Source: Octopus sinensis | Taxonomy: Eukaryota | Direction: 5' to 3' | Length of the DNA: 64,000 nucleotides | Assembly (NCBI RefSeq): GCF_006345805.1 | Contig: NC_043001.1 | Location: 108,252,001 to 108,316,000 of the forward strand | Shown: in pieces, positions 39,328-50,558 of the stretch | How positions within the stretch are numbered: position 1 is the first letter of the stretch | Layout: every line of letters begins with the position of its first letter | The notes under the pieces: generated by a model | Databases searched by the model: none | Told to the model about the DNA's origin: nothing | The model's input: only the letters and a program-made list of their open reading frames with translations | Made by a program: the position numbers and the translations under genes

Positions 39328-40753
39328 AGATATTCACATTATAATAATTAATAAATAATTTGAATGAATAATTTCAGATTAAAATTACTTCTGTCATGTG
39401 TGAGTGCACGCACATGCACACAGATGACATTTTGGCGCCAATATAATAATTAATATGACTAATTTAAGTATTATACTTCCTCCCCACCCAAATATTTAGC
39501 CTTGTGCTAATGAAGAAATAATTATCACCATCATTGACACATTTTTACTTGATTTATGTCATGGTGTCTTATACAAAGGTGGCATTGATAATAAAACTGC
39601 AGTCTTGAGGGATGAGAGTGTACCTGCAAAACTCTCAAAAAAGGACCACAAGATATTTTTGTATAAAACACTGATTTTGACAATACACACACACACATAC
39701 ACATGTGACTGAGACCTTTGGAAGGTGGCGAGCTGGCAGAAATGTTAGCACACCGGGCGAAATGCTTAGCGGTATTTTGTCTGTCCTTGCGTTCTGAGTT
39801 CAAATTCCGCCGAGGTCAACTTTGCCTTTCATCCTTTTGGGGTCGATAAATTAAGTACCAGTTGCATACTGGGGTCAATCTAATCGACTGGCCCCCTCCC
39901 CCCAAATATTGGGCCTTGCTCCCAGAATAGAAAAGAATGACTGAGACCTTTGGAATTGTGTCATGCTTGAGATGAAGACCCATCAAGCTGAGCAAAATCA
40001 CAGTTGTGACAGAGACTAGTGTCACACAAATTGGCACATAAAAGCACCTCGATGTCACACAAATGGCACCCATGCCAGTGGCACATAAAAGCAACCATTA
40101 CACTCTTGGAATGGTTGGCATTAGGAAGGGCATCCAGCCACAGAAAACCCTGCCAAATCAGACCAGAGTCTGGTGCAGCCCTGGTCAAACCATCCAACCC
40201 ATGCCAGCAGGGACAACAGACAGATGATGATGATGATGAAACATATATGGTGTCTGATCAAAATGTACCGGGACTGGTGCTATAAAAAGAAAAACTACAA
40301 CACATACCAATTTGGCATTTAATCCCTTTTGAAGTGGTCCCCTTCTGAAGCCATACACTTCATCCAGAGTATATATACCACTAGTCATCCTTCTGTTCAC
40401 ATGACCCCCACCCCTCTTCTTCTAGCAAAGCTCTTCAGCCAATCTTGTGACATCACAGCCACCCCCCTACATCCAGCTCATCTCAGTCCCACACCTAATG
40501 ACTGCCGGTGATTTTGCATTTTTAAATGAATTAAGTAACTCGTCAACATCATCATCATTATCCAACATCCGTTTCCATACTAGTTTGAGCTGGACAGTCC
40601 GACAGGATCCAGTGAGCCACTGGGCTACACCATGCTTTATATCAGCTTCGACAGGTTTCCCATGGCTGGATATCCTGCCCAACAATAACTGAAGTCAATA
40701 ATGTTATTTTTTAGTAATAATAAAAAAAAAAAGACAGAAAAGCAGGGACTTAC

Positions 40754-40940
40754 TTCAGTAGAAATTCCGAGAGGAAGATGTAACCTTGGTTCGATCGAAA
40801 ATCATCTAGCAACGTGTGAGATACTTCACTGGAGTCTTTGAGGAAACAGAAGACTGTCACTACCATTTCCACCATTTCAATGGGACACAAGTCTTGAGCT
40901 TGCTGCATGTTTTCTATACAGTGACGAACACAACCTTTTT
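40754..40940 (-). CDS. WDFY3: WDFY3 coding exon (EKGCVRHCIENMQQAQDLCPIEMVEM...FLKDSSEVSHTLLDDFRSNQGYIFLSEFLL), 187 nt
   Basis: Not in the ORF track; translated by hand. TAG acceptor, GTAAGT donor; phase 1 in, phase 2 out. Confidence 0.92.
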
Positions 40941-41104
40941 CTATAAGAGACAGAACAGGAAAGAAAAGATAATGAAAACATTTACTCTTATAAGTATTAT
41001 AAGGTATTTCATCAGCAACATCATTATTTTTTATTATATTATTATTATTATTATTATTATGAGGTTGTTGATTGGTGATATTGTGTCTACCAGGGGTTTG
41101 TACT

Positions 41105-41845
41105 GTTAGTCAAGTCACTACAAGGACCTCAGACAGAAAGTACTTTACGCAATATGTCTGCAGTTCCAAGTAATGCTGACTTTTGCAATACATCTAGATT
41201 TTAGGGTATTCCTAAGGTTTTCAGATGTTTATTCAGATTGGGTGGTATTGAACCCAATGCTCCAATGACAATAGGAATAACCTTTATGTTTGATTCTCAT
41301 AGCTGGCACATCTTGGTGATCTCAATTATCAGGTCTCGATATTTATCTACCTTTTCTCTTTCTTTCATGATAATATGTTGATCTCCTGGCATCGCCATAT
41401 CGATTATTAGGCACTCTTGTTTGTCCCCCTTAAAGGTTACTATATCCAGCCTTCGGTGTTCTAATACCTTGTCTGTCTGGAAGTCAAAGTCCCAGAGGAT
41501 TTTTGCCTTCTCCTTTTCACCCATTACCTTTTCTAGTGTATGTTGGTACCAAGCACCCATAACCCTATATCCATACTTACAGCATAATAGCCAGTGGAGG
41601 TTCTGGGCAACCTTGTTGTGTCTATGCTTGTACTCTTTCTGCACAAGACTTTTACAAGTACTAACAATGTGAGTCATACTTTCAACCCTCTTCTTACACA
41701 TTCTGCAGAGGTCCGTTGCCCATGTGTGGTATATATTCTTTTTCAATGAGTTGGTATTCAATGCCTGGTCCTAGGCAGCAATGATTAGGCTTTCAGTATT
41801 CTTTTTAGGCCACCCTTGTTAAGCCACCTCCATGATGCTTCTTGG
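41105..41845 (-). mobile_element. R4/Dong-clade LINE 3' fragment (zinc knuckle plus restriction-like endonuclease)
   Basis: CRMC...ES.THIVSTC...Y..RHN.VA..LHW, ILWDF..QTD, IID.A.P.D, EK..KY motifs; flanked by (TTA)n on both sides. Confidence 0.88.
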
Positions 41846-42101
41846 TCTTTTAATATTATTTTTATTATTATTATTATTATTATTATTAAGGCGGCGAGCT
41901 GCCAGAATCATTAGTGTGCCGGGCAAACTGCTTAGTAGCATTTTGTCTGTCTTTACATTCTGAGTTCAAATTCTGCTGAGAGTGACTTTGCCTTTCAACC
42001 TTTCGGGATCAATCAAAAAAGTACCAATTACGCACTGGGTCAATGTAATTGACTTAATCCCTTCCCCTAAAATTTGAAGCTTTGTGCTTCCAGTGGAATG
42101 G

Positions 42102-42133
<32 letters not shown>

Positions 42134-42877
42134 GTAAAGGCAGCAAGCTGGCAGAATTATTAGCGTGCTGGGCAAAATGCTTAGTGGTATTTTACTCATC
42201 CCTATGTTCTGAGTTCAAATTCCACCGAGGTCGACTTTGCCTTTCATTCTTTCGGGGTTGATAAAATAAGTACTAGTGAAACACTGGGGTCCATGTAATT
42301 GACTAGTCCCGTCCCCCAAAACAGAAAATGGAGAAGTAGTGATTAACAACAATTGACGTACATCAGTTGTTAGATGGGATGCAGTCTATTTGCATTGAAT
42401 TAATAAATAATAATTAGAAAATTACTATTTTTAAATCTGACGAGAGATATTCAGCAACAGTACTTTGAAGTAATTTTCATATTTTGGTCTCTTGCCTTCT
42501 TTCAACAGACAGAAAAATAAAAAGGATGGGTGTTGCTCAAATGGCTATCAACACTAATCTCTTCATATTCTATACTTAACTGAAAGATAATCCTTATCAA
42601 CTAGGGCAACTGTAATTCTCTTGCAGCGTTGATTAAACATTATTGGAGCAGAACCATTTAACACCAATTGCCTGACCCTGGGAGGTGCCCAGTGTAACAG
42701 GAGAGGTGTGTATGATGACAGTTCTCAATATTCACAGCAATTAAGCAATTGAGAATCATTTCCATGTCTGAAGAAAAACACCAGAATATTGCAAGTTTCA
42801 CCGACCAAAGGAAATTAGAAATTAGCAAATGAAACACTTTGTAGTTCTTCAGTAGTAGTCTGATGATACAGTATGAA

Positions 42878-43200
42878 GGTGCATAGCCTAGTGGTTAGGG
42901 CATTCAGCTCACGAATGTAAGGTCGCGAGTTCAATTCCTAGCAACGTGTTGTGTCCTTTAGCAAGACACTTTATTTCACGTTGCTCCAGTCCATTCAGCT
43001 GGCAAAAATGAGTAGTACATGTATTTCAAAGGGCCAGCCTTGTCAAACTGTGTTGTGCTGAATCTCCCTGAGAACTATGCTAAGGGTACACGTGTCTGTG
43101 GAGCACTCAGTCACTTGTCCGTTAATTTCAGGAGCAGGCTGTTCCATTGATCATATCAGCCAGGACCCTCGTCGTCATAACCAACAGAGTGCTCCTTTAT
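42878..43200 (+). mobile_element. tRNA-derived SINE (V/CORE-type middle)
   Basis: TAGCCTAGTGGTTAGG A-box, GAGTTCAATTCC B-box, then GTGTCCTT.AGCAAGACACTT. A related minus-strand copy lies at ~56845-57180. Confidence 0.7.
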
Positions 43201-43565
43201 TGATACACTCTTTATTAGAATGCGGCCATGCTGGGTCACTGCCTTTAAGAATTTTTAGTTAAATGAATCGATCACAGTAGTTTTTTATTCTTTTTAAGCC
43301 TGGTACTTATTCTATTAGTCTCTTTTTTTGATGAACAATAAGATTATGGGAACATAAACACACCAATACTGGTTGTCAAGAAGTGATGGTGGGGCAAACA
43401 CACACACACACACACACACAATGGGCTTCTTTCAGTTTCCCCCTACTAAATCCACTCACAAGGCTTTGGTCAGCCCGAGGCTATAGTAGAAGTAACTTGC
43501 CCAAGATGCCACCCAGTGGGACTGAACCCAGAACCATGTAGTTGGGAAGCAGTCACACCTTAAAC

Positions 43566-44318
43566 CAGCGTTTCTCAACCAGGGTTCCCTGGAACCCTAG
43601 GGTTCTGCAAAAGGTTCCTAGGGGTTCCGCAAGAAAGAGAGATATAAGGTAATGCTAATTTCATGATCGTAATATTACTATACACGCACAACATATTATT
43701 GGTTATTGTAATATAGACATCATCCTGTCTAACCTATTATGTTATCAATAAAATATAACCATACATACATACATATATATATGATGGTAAGTTGAGTAGA
43801 GGTTAAAATAACCATCTAACCAGGGTTCCGCCAGTACAGTGCAGGGGTTCCGCAAGAAGTTACAAAACTGCTAAAATCGGCAGTAATTTTTAAGTCTCCT
43901 GTGCAGATATGTGTGCATAAGACTATTAAATTATTGCACAGGGGTTCCTTGAGCCAGTGGAATGATTCCTTGATGTTCCGCTCCAGCAAAAATGTTGAAA
44001 CGCACTGATCTAAGGGATAGAAGTATCTATTACATTACCGGTATATTACCTATATTTAGCCATGGACATACATGTGCAAACATATGTTCATAAGTTGTAG
44101 GTAAAGATGAGGATAAACATGGATTTATAATGAATCAGAATTTGAAGAAAACAGAAAATGGAGAAGTAGTGATTAACAACAATTGACGTACATGAGTTGT
44201 TAGATGGGATGCAGTCTGTTTGCATTGAATTAATAAATAATAATTGTTGTTCATCAGTACTTCTCCATTTTCTGTTTTCTTTAAATTTTACATATATATA
44301 TATATATATGTTTATAAC

Positions 44319-44350
<32 letters not shown>

Positions 44351-46175
44351 TAAAAGGGCAAGCAACAGGCTGCTTAACCACATATATATATATTGTTACG
44401 GTTTAGCTGGTGCATTTCCCGGTGACCCACATTGGAATTATGGTTCCGGCATGTCTAGTAGAAAAGTGACAGTCTTTTGTTTAATGGAGGACTAATGGGT
44501 TTTGGAATGACTTGTGACCTTGTGCGAGTGAATTAGGGGTCGCTCTGGGCACCCCTTGAAGAAGTGAAGAGGAGGACAGATTAAGGGAATCTAAGAGCAG
44601 ATGGAGAGGGTATTGACAGTAGGAGAGAAGGACAGGCAGAGAGTTTGGTAGAGCTGTCATGAGAGAGATAGAGTATAAGACTAAGGGACAGATAGAGAGG
44701 CTAAGGGACAGTAGGCGATATAGATAGAGTAAGGAATCAGATAGCAAATAGAAAGACTATAGGTGGTAGAACAGAGGGAGATGAGGGAGTGGAAGTCAGG
44801 ACAAGGAAGTGAGGTTCTGGGCAGTCGTTGAGCGGTCGTCGAGGAGCACAGACGGATCTTGGAGTCGCTGGCCGGCCCTCGAGGAAGACAGACGGACTCT
44901 GGAGGTCAGTGCGAGTGGATGGAACCTTGGATTTAAGGAGCAAGCGTTGGAATTCCTGGGAGCGAGCTGGGATGCGAGGAGGCCTAGGGGCAAGCGATTG
45001 GAATATGCACAGAGGGGAATTAGCAGAGTATTCAAGGATTTAGCAGTATTAAGAGATGAGTGCAGAATGGGACACTGGCGATTCAGTTAGGAATTAAGGT
45101 ATGTGTTTTGTGCATTGATATGTGTCACGAGGTAAAGAGACTGTAAAAGGAAAGAAGAGAGAAAAAGAAGGACTCTGTCGATGTAGTCGATAAAGAACAT
45201 TGTGAATTGAGTAAAGGACTTGTTGAATTGTAACGTGAATTGTTGTGATACGAACATTGTATAATGTATCGAAGTGTTCTGATTAGACTGTGACGTATCG
45301 TGAACATTATTTGATCTGGACTTGTTGTGTCGTTACTGAACACTGTTATATTGTTACATGCATGTTGTTAAATGCTTTGATCTGTGGTATACCGTACGAT
45401 GTATTGATTTGTTGTTTGCCTTAAATGTATTTGATGTGTAGCAATTAATTGTCGTATAAACTGTTGTTTGAATATAAGCCAGTGTTGCCAGTTGTTGCCT
45501 TGCCTCTTTGGGTTGTATCTCGGGTTGTGCCTCTGTATCTCTGTGCTGTTGAGGTTGTGGCAGTATCTATCTGTGTCTCCTCTCTCCGCCTCTTTGGGTT
45601 CCGTGGCGGAACTTGTGTGTGAGCCGTTCGGGACGGGCGACGACGGGTGATTCCGTTTCGTAACAATATAGAATTTTTTTAAAAAGTTCCTAGCGATAAT
45701 GGTTATATTTCCATACCAAAATCTACCCGGAAATAATTGGGGTTTTTTTTCTAACATTAATAATTATTTACCCTTATATCATTAATATATATATATAAGT
45801 AATAAGAGAGAGACCACATTCTTTAGTGGTGGATTCCCTTTGCGGATCTATTTCTAGCGTTAGAGTGACCACATGTGGTCTCTCTGTTATTACTTGTATT
45901 AATAATTTTTACTGTATCACAGTTTTTTTTTACGCTAGGCCACTTGGTGTTTTAAAGTGATATTATTAATTAATATTCAATTTTTTCCACCCTTATTGTG
46001 ATTTCAATTATATATATATATATATATATATATACATGTGATATTTACCATGTGAACTACGATGAAAAAACATATGGGAAAGTTATGGTATATAATTTTG
46101 TTTTATGCAGGGGTTCCTTGAGACATGTAATTTATTTTAAGGATTATTCAAGGGTAAAAAGGTTGAGAAACACAG
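43566..46175. mobile_element. hAT-type element carrying nested insertions
   Basis: TIRs CAGCGTTTCTCAACC / GGTTGAGAAACACAG; TSD ccttaaac / ccttatac; GGGTTCC subterminal repeats. Confidence 0.75.
44394..45665. mobile_element. Solo LTR (~1.27 kb), probably Ty3/Gypsy type
   Basis: Termini TGTTACG...CGTAACA with ATAT on both sides; non-coding and compositionally distinct from the flanks. Confidence 0.7.
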
Positions 46176-47124
46176 CCTTATACTCTTCATTATGCTATCA
46201 TACTTCTAAGCCATTCAGGATTCCATAACTAGAGCATTATGCTGCAAAGCTGTTTATAACATCACATGTCAAGGAACACTGCTTAACAGCATATAACCCT
46301 CTCTACTAAGCCATTGAAATTTCATCCAATATTTATAAGCTTTCTGATAGAACGAAATACAAATATTATCTCTTAATACACAGCAATTTCTCTTCAAGAT
46401 TTATAGAGAATTTTTTTTCTTTTTTTTTTTTTACTTTCAGAGATTTTTTTTTGGTTTTTTATTCCCCCTTTCTTTTCCCAATTCCATGAATACAAAAGAA
46501 ATAAATAAGCAGAAAGTGTTACAAAGATTCTACAATTTTGAATCTATTTAGCATAGTTTTTGTTGTGCCTTGTAAGAGCCACGACACTAATAATAAATAA
46601 CACATGAGTTCCGCCTATGTTGACTTAGCCGTTCATCATTTTGGGGTCGATAAAATAAGTGCCAGTTGAGCACTGGGGTTCTCTTGTCTTGAGACAGCAT
46701 TCACTCAGGGTGGGTTGAGCTGGCTTCATTCATCCTCAATGCAGCATCTCTCAAAAACGCCGACCAGGCCTGGTGATTTGAGGCTAACAACTGCGTGATC
46801 TCCAACCACTCCTTATTCCAGCGTTGAACACCGTAGATATGGGGGCCTCGGTTGGGGTCCAGGTCAGCCTTGACTGTCATCAGCCAGGTTTTTCATTGTC
46901 CCCCACATCGCTTTCACCAACCATGAAGAGGAGCTGGGGCAATTGCTTCGTAGATGAATTCTCCTGGTTGAGTACTGGGGTTGATGGAATTGACTTAGAC
47001 CCGCCCCCTAAATTACTGGCTTTGTGCCAGAATTTGAAATCAATAATAATAACACATTCTCAGGATCAATTCCACTTCTTCATTGTTAGTCAATTGGTTA
47101 AATATCTAAACAACTGCTCTACTC

Positions 47125-47500
47125 CCTGGAGCAAATGCAGGAGAGATATGCAGTCATATATACCTGGAAGATTCTGGAAGGGGTTAGGCCAAATTTTGGC
47201 ATTGAAAGCTACACAAATGCCAGAACGGGTTGATACTGCAGAGTACCAAGGATCCCAGCAATACCGTTGCAGTTCAGGACCAGTTACTGCAAGAGCTTGG
47301 GTTTCAGGGGCCCACAGCTTTTTAATATTCTCCCAAAGAGCCTGAGGGACCTACACAATGTGGATGTAGGTATTTTCAGATCAAAACTGGATCTCTTCCT
47401 GTTGAGAGTCCCAGATGAACCTACCTTGCGGCAGGAGACACAAATGAGGGTAGCGACATCAAACTCCCTTATTCACTAAATGCTACATATCAGAGGAGGC
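47125..47500 (+). mobile_element. CR1-like LINE 3' fragment
   Basis: SLGFRGPQLFNILPKSLR...FRSKLDLFL..VPDEP...SNSL is typical of the CR1-type ORF2 C-terminus. Confidence 0.7.
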
Positions 47501-48033
47501 TCTCAATAACAGTGTAGCGAAATGGTGGTGCCCCTGTATGGCCACAGCTGTGAGCTGAAACTGATGAAATTAAGAAAAAAAAAAAAACTAAGTGATCTTT
47601 TGTTTAATGTACTGGTTAAACAATCAGTTCTTTCATTGTGGTTTGTGACCTTTTCAGTGAAAGACCTGACTAACAAACAATCAAGTGATTGTTTAACCAG
47701 CACATTAAACAAATGATCAATTAGTTGGTTAGATATTTAACCAATTGACTAACAGTAAAGAAGTGAAACTGAACCTGTGTTGTTATTGATTTCAAATTTT
47801 GAAACAAAACCAGTAATTTAGGGGGAGAGACAAGTCGATTCCATCAACCCCTGTGCTTAACTGGTATTCATTTTATCAACCCAGAAATGTCGAAAGGCAA
47901 AGCTCACCTTGGCAGAATTCACGTGTTGTTGCTATTGACATGATGACTTTCCCAAGACACAAGGAAACTTGTTTCAACAGACGAATTCACATCAGGAATC
48001 TTGCAAACCAAATTCAAAAATAAAGATACTAAC

Positions 48034-48226
48034 CATGAATATATTTGACAACAGCCGGCGTCAATCCATGTCGCGAAAGTGTTACCAGAATCTCACCAGC
48101 ACTCTTACGCCAAGGAATGCTGTGTACATGACACCAGGAAGTGATAGCGTTAAATAACAAACTCAGGTCATCTTTCCTTGCCAGTTCTTCGGCAGGAGAA
48201 ACATGACTGCACAGTCGAACAAGTAC
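48034..48226 (-). CDS. WDFY3: WDFY3 coding exon (VLVRLCSHVSPAEELARKDD...VKYIH), 193 nt
   Basis: TTTGCAG acceptor, GTTAGT donor; phase 0 in, phase 1 out. Confidence 0.93.
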
Positions 48227-48330
48227 CTGCAAACAGAACATATACAATTAATCTATACTTGAAGTAAATAAATCACACAGGTACCCATTACTACAACCCA
48301 CCCAAACTCCATCTTTTTTCACACATCGAC

Positions 48331-48722
48331 TTACTCTTTTACTTGTTTCAGTCATTTGACTGTGGCCATGCTGGAGCACCGCCTTGAGTCGAGCAAATCG
48401 ACCCCAGGACTTATTCTTTGTAAGCCTAGTACTTATTCTATCAGTCTCTTTTGCCGGACCGCTAAGTTACGGGGACATAAACACACCAACATCGGTTGTC
48501 AAGCGATGTTGGGGGGACAAACACAGACACACAAACACATATATATATATACATATATATGACGGGCTTCTTTCAGTTTCCATCTACCAAATCCACTCAC
48601 AAGGCTTTGGTTGGCCCGAGGCCATAGTAGAAGACACTTGCCCAAGGTGCCATGCAGTGGGACTGAACCCGGAACCATGTGGTTGGTAAGCAAGCTATTT
48701 ACCACACAGCCACTCCTGCGCC
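48331..48722 (-). mobile_element. tRNA-derived CORE-like SINE family C (octopus OR2-like), near full length
   Basis: Head GGCGCAGGAGTGGCTGTGTGGTAA...GGTTCAGTCCC, then CORE-like ACCTTGGGCAAGTG. Other copies at approximately 2345-2460, 13430-13632, 20600-20870, 28290-28625, 34510-34875, 43215-43550, 52290-52920, 55245-55385, 58100-58465, 63500-63645. Confidence 0.8.
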
Positions 48723-49371
48723 TTACAAACATTCAAGTTTTAAAAATCATCCAAGTCAACTTCATCAGTCTAGGAAGGCCTAAAAAATGCTATGAGCGAG
48801 TATTTAAAGGTGAGTGATTCAGGATGGTCAACCGCCTACTGACATTTGTTTCTGCTGCATTACAAAGAAACCAAAGAAGAAAAGAAGAAAGGAGTAAGAA
48901 GAATCACACTCAACAGGAGAGCTGAAGCCCCCTCCAAAGGGAGGGGGAGCACCATGTCGAAAACGGTAGAGGAGTAGGGGCCAAAACAGGAGGTGGTTCC
49001 TCCTGATGATGTTTTTAGCTACTGGATCATATAAAGGGGCTTTTTGAGGTAGCGAACGATGAAACGTGGTTGGAATTCCTTTCTACATGGTACAACACAG
49101 GTGCTTTTCATGTGGTGCCTGCATGGATGGATTTTCATGTGGCACCAGTACAGGTGTTTTTTATGTGACTCCAACCAAAATATCTTGTGGTGATTGGTTA
49201 CATTTGTTCTTCATTCAAAATCCCGATGATAATTTCAAGTATCAGTCTGTTTAAGTCACTAAAATAAGTAACAACCAAAAATTCAGTCTAATTGACAAAT
49301 GTTCTATTCCCACATGCTCAGAGTTCTTTGGAACCTGTCAAAGAGTAAAAGAACCACAGTAAAGTACTTAC

Positions 49372-49646
49372 CTGGACAAAAACCTTCTGTAATAAAATAC
49401 GACGCTCCTTTGGGGTAAACTGACAACCATCAACTAGAACATCTGTGCAGGGCACGTTGGGTAAATCAAAGAACAAGTAGAGACATTTGACCAGGGTTGA
49501 GGGCAAAGCAGCGGCAGTCATACAGTCAACCAGAGCTTGAGAACCAGTTGAAAGCAAGTTTAATGTCTGCAATAAGATCCAGCCACGGTTGTTCTCTTGG
49601 CTTGATTCCACCTCCAGGAAGTTCACAATAGCACAGCTTGCAGCCT
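49372..49646 (-). CDS. WDFY3: WDFY3 coding exon (EAASCAIVNFLE...ILLQKVFVQ), 275 nt
   Basis: CAG acceptor, GTAAGT donor; phase 1 in, phase 0 out. Confidence 0.93.
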
Positions 49647-50434
49647 CTGCAGCAACAAAGATAAGCAATCCATTGAAGAGATTCAACAAGAGGTTCATTT
49701 ATGCAATCAATAAGTTAAGGAAAAGATTCGGATTTAGTCAGATATCAATTGCAAGGAAACATCACCTGGTAACAAATATGTTTTGATTAATTTCATTATG
49801 TAATACAAGGTTGCAAAGGTGCCAAGCAGCAGGACTGAACTTGGAACCATGTGGCTGAGAAGCAAGCTTCTTACCACACAGCCATGCCTGCACCGATGGT
49901 TCTTATTTATTTATTTTAATTCTGTTTTATTCTTTTTTTTTCTAATATGAAGCTCAATTTGAGTCATCTTCCGAATTGCTTGGAACTAAACAATCTGAAA
50001 GTTTACCCAAATTATAAGGAGCACAAGTGACCAAAATAGGGTTCCTCCGAAGTATCTCTAGAGTATCATTAGTCAATAGGATGTGTAACTCGGAGATCAG
50101 GGAGTCTCTTCAGTAGAGTCACTACTTCTCCACATTGAGAAGTCACAGCTCCAGTACTAAAGATGTGATTTGAGTATCGCAGAAAAAAAATCACAAAACA
50201 TTCTTCAAGCCAAGCCAACCAACAAGACACCTAGGGGTAAACTGAGAATGAGATGGGTGGATAATATCCATAGTTGTGTGTGTGTTTGCACATACAATAA
50301 TACTCATATTCTTAGAGATAAATGCATGCATACATAGGGGCACACACACATCCAGAAAATACCTGAGAGCATTCAAAACATTGGCAGGAAATTCAAAAAT
50401 AAAACAGCATTTGTTTTCGCAAAATAATCCTTAC

Positions 50435-50558
50435 CTGTAGACTGATTAGATGCCCTCCTCCGTATCTCAGTAACCATAAGTTTAGCCACTTGGCTACAGA
50501 ACTGCAAAATATCTCCAAATTTTTCAGTCATTTCACTGGATGGGGAACTGTCAAATAC
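50435..50558 (-). CDS. WDFY3: WDFY3 coding exon (VFDSSPSSEMTEKF...IRRRASNQST), 124 nt
   Basis: AG at 50560-50559, GTAAG donor from 50434; phase 0 in, phase 1 out. Confidence 0.93.

Larger units (their letters stand above)
869..50558 (-). other. WDFY3: Partial multi-exon gene: WD repeat and FYVE domain-containing protein 3 (Alfy/blue cheese ortholog), 17 coding exons in window
   Basis: The spliced translation matches remembered WDFY3 N-terminal motifs in colinear order (LMVTEIRRRASN, LPSTLVKCLYLFFDLP, SPAEELA.KDDL.LLF.AITSWC, DNANYFILESQHTLSQFAEK, DDDMGTLLGLMH, VLRESHR.RTVFRKVGGFVY, AMRYEPAN, TERNQQ.MC, HSLHPPLQ). All junctions are GT-AG and the phases are consistent. Confidence 0.95.
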
